A DNA stretch of 64,000 nt from Candidatus Heimdallarchaeum aukensis (GTDB lineage: Archaea; Asgardarchaeota; Heimdallarchaeia; Heimdallarchaeales; Heimdallarchaeaceae), in the NCBI GenBank assembly GCA_021513695.1, contig CP084166.1:1408001-1472000 (forward strand), given 5' to 3'. The stretch's first letter is position 1, and every line of letters starts with the position of its first letter. This document shows positions 38,291 through 48,525 of the stretch, piece by piece. A model generated the notes under the pieces. It searched no databases. It was given only the letters and a program-made list of their open reading frames with translations, and was not told the origin of the DNA. A program made the position numbers and the translations under genes.

Positions 38291-40873
38291 TACCTTTACT
38301 GTTTACTCTAATGGAACATATGTTATTTCAGTCTCTGATCTTACTGATTTTGGTAAATATCAGTTAGTAGTATTATTAACCTTAGATGGTTACGTTGATC
38401 AAAGCTTCACTCTGAACATTTTACTTTTAGAGAGAGAAACAACATTGAGTTCAACTACAGGAACTAGCCTACAGATTTACACAATTGATACCTTGAATCT
38501 ATTTTTAGAATACAAAGACAAAAATACTGATACAGCAATAGAAGCAGATGATAATCAAATTTCTTTTGCTCAAGGAACAGGAAATGAAACTTTAACCCTC
38601 AGTTTTTACTTTGAATCAATAAGTTACAATGGTTACACAGTCACTCTTCATTCTTTCACTTTTGACCCTAATGAAGCTACTGCAGCAGGATATGTATTTG
38701 TTTTCAACATTACACTTTCAAAATTTGGATATTCTAACAATTCAATTATAATCTATTTAAGAGTTGATATCAATCCTTCTGATATTCAGTGCCTAGAAGA
38801 TAGTATACTTATTGATTCTTCACAACAAGCATCTTTTACAATTTTCTATATTGATACAGTTTCTAATACAAACATTACTGGTGCGTTCATTAGCGTGTTA
38901 CAGTTAAATGGTTCTTCTTCTGATATCGATTCACTTTTAGCTTATAGTTCTACACCCTTTTACATTGTCTATATTGATCCTGATAATGTAAATGCTGTAG
39001 ATAAGACCTTTATGTTTAATGTTACACTCTATAAGGCGGGATATGAGAATCAATCTTACATTATTTACCTAACCGTAGTGTATAATCCCACCACAATTAG
39101 TGCAGAAGAAACAGAAAGTACCATTTTTGCGGATCAAGTCGCAGAATTTACACTGTATTATATAAATGATAAAACAGATACATATATAGAAGATGCTTCA
39201 GTAACCATTGAAATTGTCAATGGTTCAATGTATATAGAAGAATATTATGCTACAGGAACAAGTCCCTATATGTTTATATTAACCCTTATGATTAAAATTC
39301 CTCAGATTTAACTTTTGAAATAAGAATCACAATATCAAAAGGAGGATATAAAGAACAATCTATAGTACTTTATTTGCATGTAAAGATTCATCCTACAAGG
39401 ATATTCTCCTCTAGTAGCACTCAAACAATTTATGCAGATGAAACAGCAGATTTCACTGTTTATTACTGGGATACTTACAATGTTTTAATTGAAGAAGCAA
39501 ACCATACAGTAGAACTTACTCTTGGTGATTCAATAGATGTTGAAGGAGTAAGTTTGTTACATAACCAAGTTCTAGATGCTTACATTATCTCTTTTGATTT
39601 TAATGACTTTACAGTAACAAATGAAACATTTATTTTTAACATTACAATGTGGAAACCAGGATTCGAAAATCAATCAATAATACTAACGGTAAAAATCCAT
39701 GATTTCATTAGATATGAATTAAGCATAAACATCGATAGCGATACTATTCAACTTCTAAGTACAGTAACATTTACATTAATTCTAAAAGAAGCTATTATAC
39801 AGTTACTTGCTGATGATAATACAAAATTAGCTTATTCTCCTATTGGAGAAAATGTAACTTTAACTTTATTCCTTCTCGATAATGCTAATAATATCATTGA
39901 AACATCTACATTTAATATTACAATAAGTGATATTCAAAATGGTAATTATATTGGTCAATTCAAATATAGAGTTGAAAATTGGAAAGCTAAAAGCCTTAAA
40001 ATAGAGTGCACATATCTTCCTAAACAATCAAATATTGTTTCAACAACGAACTTCGATCTAACTTTTGAAATAAAGTTTCCATATTTCAATGATCTTTTCT
40101 ATGAATATCTATCTTACATGATTGCAGCAATTTCAATAATTGCCGTAGCAGCAATAACCTTGGCTGTTTATTTTGGAGTAGTTCGTCCCAAAAAACAAAG
40201 GCAACAAGCAAAAAGAAAACAATATTGTGATACTGTGTCAAATATACTTCAAAGCGTCACATCCATAAAGAAAGTTCTTGTTGTTCATAAAGATACTAGC
40301 TCTCCTGTTTATGAATTAGACTTAGGTTCAGATATGAGAGTAAGTTCAGCGCTTGTGACTGGATTTTTGCAAGCTGTATCCACAATGGCAAAAGAGATTA
40401 CAGGAAAAGATAAAGATGTTGTCAAAAAGTTAGATTACGGAGATTTAATTGTTACTTCTGCAGGCACAAAGAACTATATTACTTACATTTTCTCAGATAG
40501 AGAACTTTCAGAAGATATAACAAATGGTCTAAAAGAGTTCGTAAAATACTTTGAGAAAAGATTTTCTCATGTTGCAGAAAACTGGATTGGTTCCTTAGAT
40601 GAATTTAAAAAAGCAGAAAAGGCAATTTTGCGTAATTTAACAGAGCACTTATATATTTGGACATTATATCCTATAACTACTAATCCAACAATGGAAAAAG
40701 AAGTAAAGAAACTAGGTCCAATGAGCCAAAAAATAATTAAATTCGTTAAAGATACAAAAGAAGTAACAATAGGAATAATACTTCAATATTTCAACAGGTG
40801 GCCAAAAGAAGAAACTATTTCACTTGTCTTTGCTTTAGTTGAAGATCATTACCTTCTTACAAAGAGAATATAA
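38272..40873 (+). pseudogene. Large repetitive surface (adhesin-like) protein gene with a C-terminal TM anchor and a cytoplasmic roadblock-like tail; 5'-truncated by the DDE-transposase remnant and internally frameshifted
   Basis: Repeated ~90 aa modules ('FTLYYINDKTDTYIEDASVTIEIVNG...NITLxKxGYENQSxIIYLTV'). The reading frame continues upstream of the ORF-track start, back to a stop at ~38268, without any Met. There is a frame break between 39311 and 39374 with repeat sequence on both sides. TM helix 'YMIAAISIIAVAAITLAVYFGVV' followed by a ~220 aa cytoplasmic domain. Confidence 0.55.
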
Positions 40874-40939
40874 CACTTTTTCTTTTTGTCTTTAATGTTA
40901 ACTTTATTAATTAACCTAATTCTCTTTTTTTAGATTATA

Positions 40940-41659
40940 ATGAAAAAATGGGAAGGATATGCGATCCTTTGCGATATGGATGGTGTCATTATAAGTATAA
41001 AAGAGAGATGGATAAACCCCTTTGAAAAAGCATTAAGAAAGGTTAAAGAAGATATAGATGAACATGCTCTGAGAGAACAAGCTCCATCTTTACTTCTAAC
41101 ACATGGAGGAAGAAGTAAAAAAATATGGTTAAGAGCAATTTTCAAGGTTTGTGGTTATGCGGGTTTGTCTAAATTTCAATCTTTTAGAGTGCTAATAAAT
41201 GTTGGTTTAATGCTTTTAAAACCTAAAAACTTTAAAATTGTTCCTTTTGATGGAGTTGAGGAAACTTTAGAAAAACTAAAAGGTTTAGGATTTAAACTTG
41301 CTTTAGTTACAACGGCTTCGAATTTTACCATAAGGAGGTTAAAAAAACTATATCCTGAAATTCATTCTAAGTATGACTTTATTTTCACGAGAAATGATGT
41401 AAAATTTACTAAACCCTTTCCAGACCAATTAAATTTAGCAATTGAGAAATTAAATGTTGATAGAGATAAGTGTGTTATGATTGGGGATTTGATGACTGAT
41501 ATTCTAGCTGGTAAAAATGCAGGAGTTAAAACTGTAGCTATCCTTAGTGAATACCCATTTATTACTGAAGCTCTTTTATCATCAGTAGAACCAGATCATA
41601 TGATAGAATCATTTTCTTTACTTCCAGAGTACCTAGATGACATTTTTACAAATAAATAG
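40940..41659 (+). CDS. HAD-superfamily hydrolase (beta-phosphoglucomutase/phosphatase-like)
   Basis: Motif I 'LCDMDGVII' and motif IV 'GDLMTDILAGKNAGVKTV'. Confidence 0.8.
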   Translation: MKKWEGYAILCDMDGVIISIKERWINPFEKALRKVKEDIDEHALREQAPSLLLTHGGRSKKIWLRAIFKVCGYAGLSKFQSFRVLINVGLMLLKPKNFKIVPFDGVEETLEKLKGLGFKLALVTTASNFTIRRLKKLYPEIHSKYDFIFTRNDVKFTKPFPDQLNLAIEKLNVDRDKCVMIGDLMTDILAGKNAGVKTVAILSEYPFITEALLSSVEPDHMIESFSLLPEYLDDIFTNK

Positions 41660-41754
41660 CTAAATAGCTAAAATTTCTAATGCACTAATATATTTTTCCT
41701 AGTCTATCATAAGAAAAAGTTCAAAAACGCTATTAAAAACGCTAACATGTAAGA

Positions 41755-42231
41755 ATGAAAAGGCAGTTTAGATTTCCGGAAGCTCTCCTCTATCAATCGA
41801 CCTATGTTTGGATAAAAGATATAGGAAGAGGTGTTTACGCAATAGGGATTACAGATTATGCACAATATTTGTTAGATGACATTGTCACAATTTCATTACC
41901 TGTTGATGACTATGTAGAACAAGGTGATGAACTAATTTCCATTGAATCTATTTACGAAACAATTGAAATTGAAAGTCCGTTCACAGGTAAGATTGTAGAA
42001 ATAAATGACGATGTAAAAGATAATCCTGAGCTCTTAAATGAAGACGCCTTTGGTTCATGGATCTTAAAAATTGAAATTAGCGATGAAGAAGAATTAGATG
42101 ATTTATATACAGCTGATGAAGTTTTTGATCTATTTCAAGAAGAACTGGAAGAACAAGGGGATGAAGAATTAACAAAAGAATTTGGTGCCTTTGTACAATT
42201 TAACGACGACAATGAAGATGGATGGGTCTAA
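41755..42231 (+). CDS. Glycine-cleavage H-protein-like (lipoyl-domain fold) protein, apparently lacking the lipoyl-lysine
   Basis: GcvH-like 'GDELISIESIYETIEIESPFTGKIVEIN'. The position of the conserved ESVKA lysine reads 'ESIYE'. Acidic C-terminal tail. Confidence 0.55.
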   Translation: MKRQFRFPEALLYQSTYVWIKDIGRGVYAIGITDYAQYLLDDIVTISLPVDDYVEQGDELISIESIYETIEIESPFTGKIVEINDDVKDNPELLNEDAFGSWILKIEISDEEELDDLYTADEVFDLFQEELEEQGDEELTKEFGAFVQFNDDNEDGWV

Positions 42232-42412
42232 TTTACTTCTTTTAAAAAAAGAAACCAAAGATTTTTATATTAAACTTTTTGTTGAGTTGTAGATAATAAT
42301 AGAGGACTTGATGCCTTGGAATTTCGATAGCACTATTATGGAAATCTGAATTAATTGTAAATTCTAGTAGAACAATTTTAAAAGTCCTTAACTATTTTGG
42401 AGTGTTAGGAGT

Positions 42413-43900
42413 ATGAACAACGATAAGGAATCTATTTTTTTACCACCAGAAGCTATTTTGATTTACAAAATAATTAGCGAAAAAAAGGAACTAGAAATCA
42501 ATGAACTTGAGAACATTTCAAAACTTTCTAGAGGAAAAATTGAATACAACCTTCCTTTTTTGCAAAAACACGATCTATTGGACAGAAAAGAGAGAATAAA
42601 CAAATACTGTTCTTTAACAAAGGAAGGAGAAGAAGCAGAGAAAAATCAATTGATTGAAAGAAGAATATACAACTTAATTAAAGAGAAAAAGAAAGTATCC
42701 TTTGCTCAACTTGGAGATTTTATTAAAGCAGACAAAAAAGAATTGAATGCAGGAGTAGGTTTACTACGAAAACTTGATGCCATCACAATTGAAAAAGGAG
42801 AAATAAGTATAAAACTGCCAGAAAAAGATATTAACCTTGAATTACAACAATATCTCACTAAAATAAAAAAAGAGAAAGTGAGTTATTCAGATAAAATTTC
42901 TCCCCTTGTTAAAAGAGGATTAGTTAATGTAATTGAGGAGAAACAATCATTTTTGATTATAAAAGTTCCTTATTCAAAAATAAAGTCCAGAATTAAAGAA
43001 TTAATTGAAGTAGGAAGATTGTCTTCAAATATGTTAAGAGATGGAAGTTGGAGAAAAACTCAATTGAAGGCATATAACCTAAAAGGGCAACCCCCCACTT
43101 ATTTTGTTGGGAGAAAACAACCTTATGCAAGATTCATTGATACTGTTAAACAGAAACTTGTTGCTTTGGGTTTTCAGGAGATGAGAGGGCCTATAGTAGA
43201 ACTAGAATTCTGGAATTTCGATGCCTTATTCCAAGCTCAAGATCACCCAGCTAGGGAGTGGTCAGATGTTTATAGAGTTTCAAACCCTAAACACGGTAAG
43301 CTTCCTAAAGAAGAATATGTTACTAATGTTCAGCAAGCTCATGAAAATGGGTATAATACAGGAAGTAAAGGTTGGAGATACAAATGGGACCCTAAAAAAA
43401 GCTCAAGACTGGTTTTACGAGCACAAGGCACTTCTGTCAGCGCTCGAACTCTAGTAGGTTTGAAAATTCCCTCAAAATACTTTAGCATTTCTCGATGTTA
43501 CAGACCAGATACTGTTGATGCTACTCATCTTTCTGAATTTAACCAAGTTGAAGGTATTGTAGTTGATCCTTCTATAACTTTCAGAGATCTTTTAGGAATA
43601 CTAGAAACGTTTGCCCTAGATGTTGCTGGAGCAGAAGAATGTACATTTAAGCCCGATTATTACCCCTTTACTGAACCTTCTGTTGAACTTAGCGTTGTTG
43701 ATCCAAATCTTGGAAGAATAGAATTTGGAGGAGCAGGCATCTTTCGTCCAGAGGTAACCAAACCATTTGGTATAGATGCACCAGTAATAGCTTGGGGTTT
43801 AGGAATTGATAGACTGTTCATGGTTAAGTACGGAATAACAGACATCAGAGAGCTATTTAGTCACAAAATGGAGTGGTTACGTTCCACAAAAATGGTATAG
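42413..43900 (+). CDS. pheS: Phenylalanine--tRNA ligase alpha subunit (archaeal type)
   Basis: Class II aaRS motifs ('FRPDYYPFTEPS' and 'GAGIFRPEV'). N-terminal wHTH repeats typical of archaeal/eukaryal PheRS alpha. 495 aa. Confidence 0.9.
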   Translation: MNNDKESIFLPPEAILIYKIISEKKELEINELENISKLSRGKIEYNLPFLQKHDLLDRKERINKYCSLTKEGEEAEKNQLIERRIYNLIKEKKKVSFAQLGDFIKADKKELNAGVGLLRKLDAITIEKGEISIKLPEKDINLELQQYLTKIKKEKVSYSDKISPLVKRGLVNVIEEKQSFLIIKVPYSKIKSRIKELIEVGRLSSNMLRDGSWRKTQLKAYNLKGQPPTYFVGRKQPYARFIDTVKQKLVALGFQEMRGPIVELEFWNFDALFQAQDHPAREWSDVYRVSNPKHGKLPKEEYVTNVQQAHENGYNTGSKGWRYKWDPKKSSRLVLRAQGTSVSARTLVGLKIPSKYFSISRCYRPDTVDATHLSEFNQVEGIVVDPSITFRDLLGILETFALDVAGAEECTFKPDYYPFTEPSVELSVVDPNLGRIEFGGAGIFRPEVTKPFGIDAPVIAWGLGIDRLFMVKYGITDIRELFSHKMEWLRSTKMV

Positions 43901-45604
43901 GTGAAAAAGATGGTCACTATAAAAGCAAGTTATACTAAAATGTTAGAAACTCTTGGGAAGAATCTTCCAATAGAAGAATTGGATAGACTACTTTCTTTTG
44001 CCAAATCTGAAATAGACGAATATGTAGAAGAAGAAGATATGCTAGTAATAGATGTAAAAACAAGTAACCGTCCAGATTTATGGATTCCTGAAGGGATGAT
44101 AAGAGAGATAAAAGGCATATGGGGAGAAGAAAAAGGTATTCCAAAGTTAGAACTAAAAGAAAGCGATTATAAAGTTATTGTAGATCCAAAACTATCTAAA
44201 TCCAGACCCTTTATTGCTTGTGCTATTGCAAAAAATGTCACATTAACAGATTATAATATCAAACAACTAATGCAATTATCAGAAAAAATTGATCATTCCT
44301 ATGGAAGGAGAAGAAAAAGATCTTCTATTGGAATGTACAACTTATCCATGATAAAAAGCCCTATTGAATATAAAGTAATTGACAAAAATCACAAATTCAT
44401 TCCTCTTGGTTATACAGAACCACAATATCTAGAAACAATTTTAGAAACTCATGAAAAAGGAAAGGAATTTGGCTACATTGTCAAAGGTTATGGCCATTAT
44501 CCTATTCTTTTATCAGCAGATGGATTAACACTCTCTATGCCTCCAATCATCAACAGCAATGATGTAGGTAGAGTTACAGAAGAGACAACTGATATGTTAA
44601 TTGAAGTAACAGGAACTCACCTTGGTACAGTACATGTCGTCTTAAACATTCTATGCCAAACATTAGGAGATTTAGGAGCAGAATTATATAATGTAACAAT
44701 AGAATACCCAAAAGAGATATTGGATAAAACTATAGTTACACCTACAATAGAATATGAAGAAATTAAAATTAACCTCAAAGAGGTAAACAAATATCTGGGA
44801 ACTAAACTAAAACCGAAAAAGGTGGAGGAGGTATTAAACAAAAGAAGATTTGATGTCAAGAAAATAGAAAAAGACATGATGACAGTACTTATTCCTCCTT
44901 ATAGAACAGACATTTTACATTGGGTTGATATTGCTGAAGAAATCGCAATTGGCTTAGATTACAACAAAATGGGACCTACAAAATGGAAAGTCCTTACAAC
45001 AGGTGGGCTTTTACCTGAAACAGAAAGTGAAAACATTGTAAGAGATATACTTGTTGGAACTGGAGCAATAGAAGTAATAACAAACACCTTAACTGACCCT
45101 GAGATTCTAACAGCAAATGTTAACATTGAAGAAGACAATTTTGTAAAGATTTCAAATCCAGTAAGCAAAAACTATAGTGTTATTCGAAATATGATTTTCC
45201 CAAATTTAATAAATGTACTTTCTAAAAACACTCATGAAACATATCCCCAAATAATCTTCGAAGTAGGAGAAATTGTAAAGTTAGAAGAAGGAAGAACTTG
45301 GACACAAACAAACGCAGCTTATATGCTAGCGGACACAGAAACAAGCTTTGAAGATGCCCACAAGGTCCTAGATCAAATGATGAAATTACTAGAAACTGAT
45401 TATAACCTCATAGAGACTGAACATCCATCGTTTATTAGGGGCAGATGCGCAGAAATACAAGTTAATGGCAAAACTTGCGGGATCATTGGAGAGGTTAATC
45501 CAGAGGTTTTAGAAAAAAACCAGATATGGATGCCTACAGTAGGTTTTGAAATAGAATTACCATTAATTCCCTCTTTAGAATGTAAAAAGAAGTATACTTA
45601 TTGA
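43901..45604 (+). CDS. pheT: Phenylalanine--tRNA ligase beta subunit (archaeal type)
   Basis: 567 aa. B3/B4 and B5-like regions. Lies directly after pheS with no gap. Confidence 0.85.
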   Translation: MKKMVTIKASYTKMLETLGKNLPIEELDRLLSFAKSEIDEYVEEEDMLVIDVKTSNRPDLWIPEGMIREIKGIWGEEKGIPKLELKESDYKVIVDPKLSKSRPFIACAIAKNVTLTDYNIKQLMQLSEKIDHSYGRRRKRSSIGMYNLSMIKSPIEYKVIDKNHKFIPLGYTEPQYLETILETHEKGKEFGYIVKGYGHYPILLSADGLTLSMPPIINSNDVGRVTEETTDMLIEVTGTHLGTVHVVLNILCQTLGDLGAELYNVTIEYPKEILDKTIVTPTIEYEEIKINLKEVNKYLGTKLKPKKVEEVLNKRRFDVKKIEKDMMTVLIPPYRTDILHWVDIAEEIAIGLDYNKMGPTKWKVLTTGGLLPETESENIVRDILVGTGAIEVITNTLTDPEILTANVNIEEDNFVKISNPVSKNYSVIRNMIFPNLINVLSKNTHETYPQIIFEVGEIVKLEEGRTWTQTNAAYMLADTETSFEDAHKVLDQMMKLLETDYNLIETEHPSFIRGRCAEIQVNGKTCGIIGEVNPEVLEKNQIWMPTVGFEIELPLIPSLECKKKYTY

Positions 45605-46534
45605 TCATTTCTCTTCTTTCTTTTTGTTTTCATTTTTTATAATTAACAAAATACGTTCCCATATAGAGTCTAGCAATGAGTGAATAACTCTTTGTTGATC
45701 TTGTGTTTCAATAATAGAGATTCGATGTCTATTTGCTTCTTCAACTAGATATCTCTGAATAGTTCGTATTTCCTCAAAAGCATTAATATATCGTTCTGCG
45801 TTTCTTTCTACAACTTTTAACCCCCTCCTCTTGAAACGTTCAAGATGCTCATGCTCATCTTTTAAGTGGAGAAGAAAAAGCATTACATGAGGTTGGGTTA
45901 TTGTTTCTGTTTTAAACAAGTTAGGAGATAAATGGACACCTTCAATAATTGTATTTTCTCTAGAATACATAGCCGATTCAATGATAGCCTCAACACCCAC
46001 AATGACTAATCTACTTTGTTCTTCAAACCCAACAATACTTCTATCTAAAATTGGGTTTATTTCAGGTTTTAAGTACTTATAAGCTTCATATGAGCTCCCA
46101 TATAACTCTGGGACTAGTTTTTTTGAAATACTTTGCCTTAATATCTCTCTTACCATATCAGTTCCAATAATATTTGTTATTTCTAGCCTTCGGGAGAGCA
46201 ATGAGGCAATTGTGCTTTTTCCTATTCCAGGCACTCCAGCTAATAAGATAATAATTGGTTTATATACTCCCTTTTGCTCAAAAGCAATGTATCTCTTAGC
46301 ATATAAAGGATTAAATTTTTCGAGATTATCAATAATTATCTGAGAAAAAGCTTCTTGAGAGAGTGTTTTGTCTGTTTTTCCTACTTGTAATTCGATTTGG
46401 GTTGCTAGTTCATAAGCATTAATTTCATCTAAGCCTATAGCATAAAAAGTACGAGAAAGAATACCCTTAGAAAAAATAGTTTTTCTTCCTGATTTTGTCC
46501 TAAATTTAATAAAGTTAGATGAAGGTTTACTCAT
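45605..46534 (-). CDS. 2-phosphoglycerate kinase family protein (P-loop kinase with an N-terminal ATP-cone-like region)
   Basis: 'LLAGVPGIGKSTIASLL...IGTDMVREILR' matches the archaeal 2PGK (COG2074) signature. 309 aa. Confidence 0.6.
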   Translation of the reverse strand: MSKPSSNFIKFRTKSGRKTIFSKGILSRTFYAIGLDEINAYELATQIELQVGKTDKTLSQEAFSQIIIDNLEKFNPLYAKRYIAFEQKGVYKPIIILLAGVPGIGKSTIASLLSRRLEITNIIGTDMVREILRQSISKKLVPELYGSSYEAYKYLKPEINPILDRSIVGFEEQSRLVIVGVEAIIESAMYSRENTIIEGVHLSPNLFKTETITQPHVMLFLLHLKDEHEHLERFKRRGLKVVERNAERYINAFEEIRTIQRYLVEEANRHRISIIETQDQQRVIHSLLDSIWERILLIIKNENKKKEEK

Positions 46535-46677
46535 TGATAATCTTAGGTTTTAAAAGTATAAAAATCTGATGAGAGTTAAATCATTTTATAAAAAATTCCT
46601 AATTTGATAGAAAAACAAAGTAAGTTAGTTAAAACATCAAAACTTTATTATATAAAAAATTTCAATTTTTTTTTAAT
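46535..46677. promoter_or_regulatory. AT-rich divergent intergenic region between the two 2PGK-family paralogues (presumed bidirectional promoters)
   Basis: 143 bp at >85% A+T between divergently oriented paralogous genes. No specific BRE/TATA assignment was attempted. Confidence 0.3.
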
Positions 46678-47568
46678 ATGAACTTTGAATCCCCAATATA
46701 CGTGAAGAGAGAGCAAGCAAGTTATTTATTTAGCAGAGGGATTCTGGCTACAAGACTAGAGGTTATAGGTCTTGAGTTTCAACAAGCTTATGAATTATCT
46801 AACAAGATATATCTAAAAATCAAAAAATTATCTGAAAATACAATATCCAAGAATAAATTAGATGAATTTGTTTATGATTCAATTAAAGAAAAATATTCTG
46901 AAAAACTAGCTGAAGAATACTTAACAATCGAAAAATTAAGAGATACAAATATACCTTTGTGGATTGTTATTGCAGGAGCTATTGGAGTGGGAAAAAGTAC
47001 ATTATCAAGGAAAATCGCTTCAGACTTTGGGATTAGGCATGTAATTGGAACAGACATAGTAAGAGATATTTTAAGAAAAACACTATCTAAAGATATTGCT
47101 CCACAGCTGCATTCTCCTTCATATTTAGCTTATAAAACATTAAGACCAATTTATAGTACACGTTACGATGAAGTGATTATTGGTTATGAAAATCATTCAA
47201 AATATGTTAATATTGGAATCGAAGCTCTGTTAAATAGAGCTGCAATGGAAAACATTTCAATAATTATTGAAGGAGAACATTTACTGCCTTCTTTTTTTGA
47301 CAAAGAAACAATAAAAATTTCAAATTTAATCTACATCACTATCTCTTTAGAAAATGAAAAGATGCATTTAGAAAATTTAAGTTCACAGTATTCTAGAGAA
47401 AAAGAAGAGCTAATTAAAAACTTTAAAAATATTCGGAAAATTCATGATTTCCTTGTCCACGAAACAAAAATCAGAAAGTTACCTGTTATCGAAGCTAAAG
47501 ATAAAGATGTGGTACTTGCAAATGTGAGAAAATATATTATTGAAAAAGCTAAAAAGATAGTTTTCTGA
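46678..47568 (+). CDS. 2-phosphoglycerate kinase family protein, paralogue
   Basis: 'VIAGAIGVGKSTLSRKIA...IGTDIVRDILR' is homologous to the 45605..46534 product along its full length. Confidence 0.6.
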   Translation: MNFESPIYVKREQASYLFSRGILATRLEVIGLEFQQAYELSNKIYLKIKKLSENTISKNKLDEFVYDSIKEKYSEKLAEEYLTIEKLRDTNIPLWIVIAGAIGVGKSTLSRKIASDFGIRHVIGTDIVRDILRKTLSKDIAPQLHSPSYLAYKTLRPIYSTRYDEVIIGYENHSKYVNIGIEALLNRAAMENISIIIEGEHLLPSFFDKETIKISNLIYITISLENEKMHLENLSSQYSREKEELIKNFKNIRKIHDFLVHETKIRKLPVIEAKDKDVVLANVRKYIIEKAKKIVF

Positions 47569-47613
47569 CTTAAATGACATATAGTTAAAACACTAAAATT
47601 GAATATCTGAGTA

Positions 47614-48468
47614 GTGAAACAAATGCTAACAGAACAAGTTTGTTTAGAATGTATAAAGAAAACTGCTGATAGAGCAATTGATAGGCTAAAAAAAAATGAA
47701 ATTCGAAAGGAAAACATCCTAAACAGTATTAACCTATTTTTAGACAAAGTTGATAAAAAATATTCTCCAATTGAAATAAACTTTGAAGTCTTCAATTTAA
47801 TAAGCTCGCTTTCAGAAATATATGACCCCTTGAAAGAATTAAAAGAACAAGCAAATCTTAATGCGAATCAAGTTTTACCGTATATAAAAGAAGAAGAGAA
47901 GAAGTCAGAAGATATTTTATTTTCTCTTATTAAAGCTTCAGTCGCAGGAAATATTATAGATTTCTCTATTGATAAAGAAGTAAATTTACTAAGCACCCTA
48001 AAAAAAGTACTAAACAGTAGTTTCGCAATAAACGATTATGATCTATTCCTTGAAAAGTTGCAAATAACAAAAAAGGTTCAACTTTTGACAGATAACGCGG
48101 GTGAAATTATTTTTGATTTAGAATTATTATCTTTTCTGCAAAAAAGATTTAACAAAAAGATAGTGATAATAACAAAACGCTTTCCTTTCTCCAATGACAT
48201 TACACTAAAAGAAGTTAAGAGGTTAATTAAGAAAGTAGAATTAAAGGGAAAAATAATTAGCATTAATAATAAAAAGTATCGAAGTTACAAGAAAAAAATA
48301 AAGAAGAAATTAGACAGCAAGGCAGTAGTTATAAGTAAGGGACAAGGTAACTATGAACTTTTATCAGATGAAAAATTGAATATCTTTTTCCTTCTAATGG
48401 TTAAATGCCCAGTTATTGCCAAAAAAATTGTCTGTAATGTTGGAGATGTTGTCTTTTTTCAAAAATAA
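47614..48468 (+). CDS. DUF89/ARMT1-family damage-control phosphatase-like protein
   Basis: 'LTDNAGEIIFD' (DNxGE) and 'KGQGNYE' motifs, as conserved in DUF89. Confidence 0.6.
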   Translation: MKQMLTEQVCLECIKKTADRAIDRLKKNEIRKENILNSINLFLDKVDKKYSPIEINFEVFNLISSLSEIYDPLKELKEQANLNANQVLPYIKEEEKKSEDILFSLIKASVAGNIIDFSIDKEVNLLSTLKKVLNSSFAINDYDLFLEKLQITKKVQLLTDNAGEIIFDLELLSFLQKRFNKKIVIITKRFPFSNDITLKEVKRLIKKVELKGKIISINNKKYRSYKKKIKKKLDSKAVVISKGQGNYELLSDEKLNIFFLLMVKCPVIAKKIVCNVGDVVFFQK

Positions 48469-48525
48469 TCTCATAGCGCCAAACTATTAAAAAATAATAT
48501 AAATAAGCTAATTTTAATCGAAACA

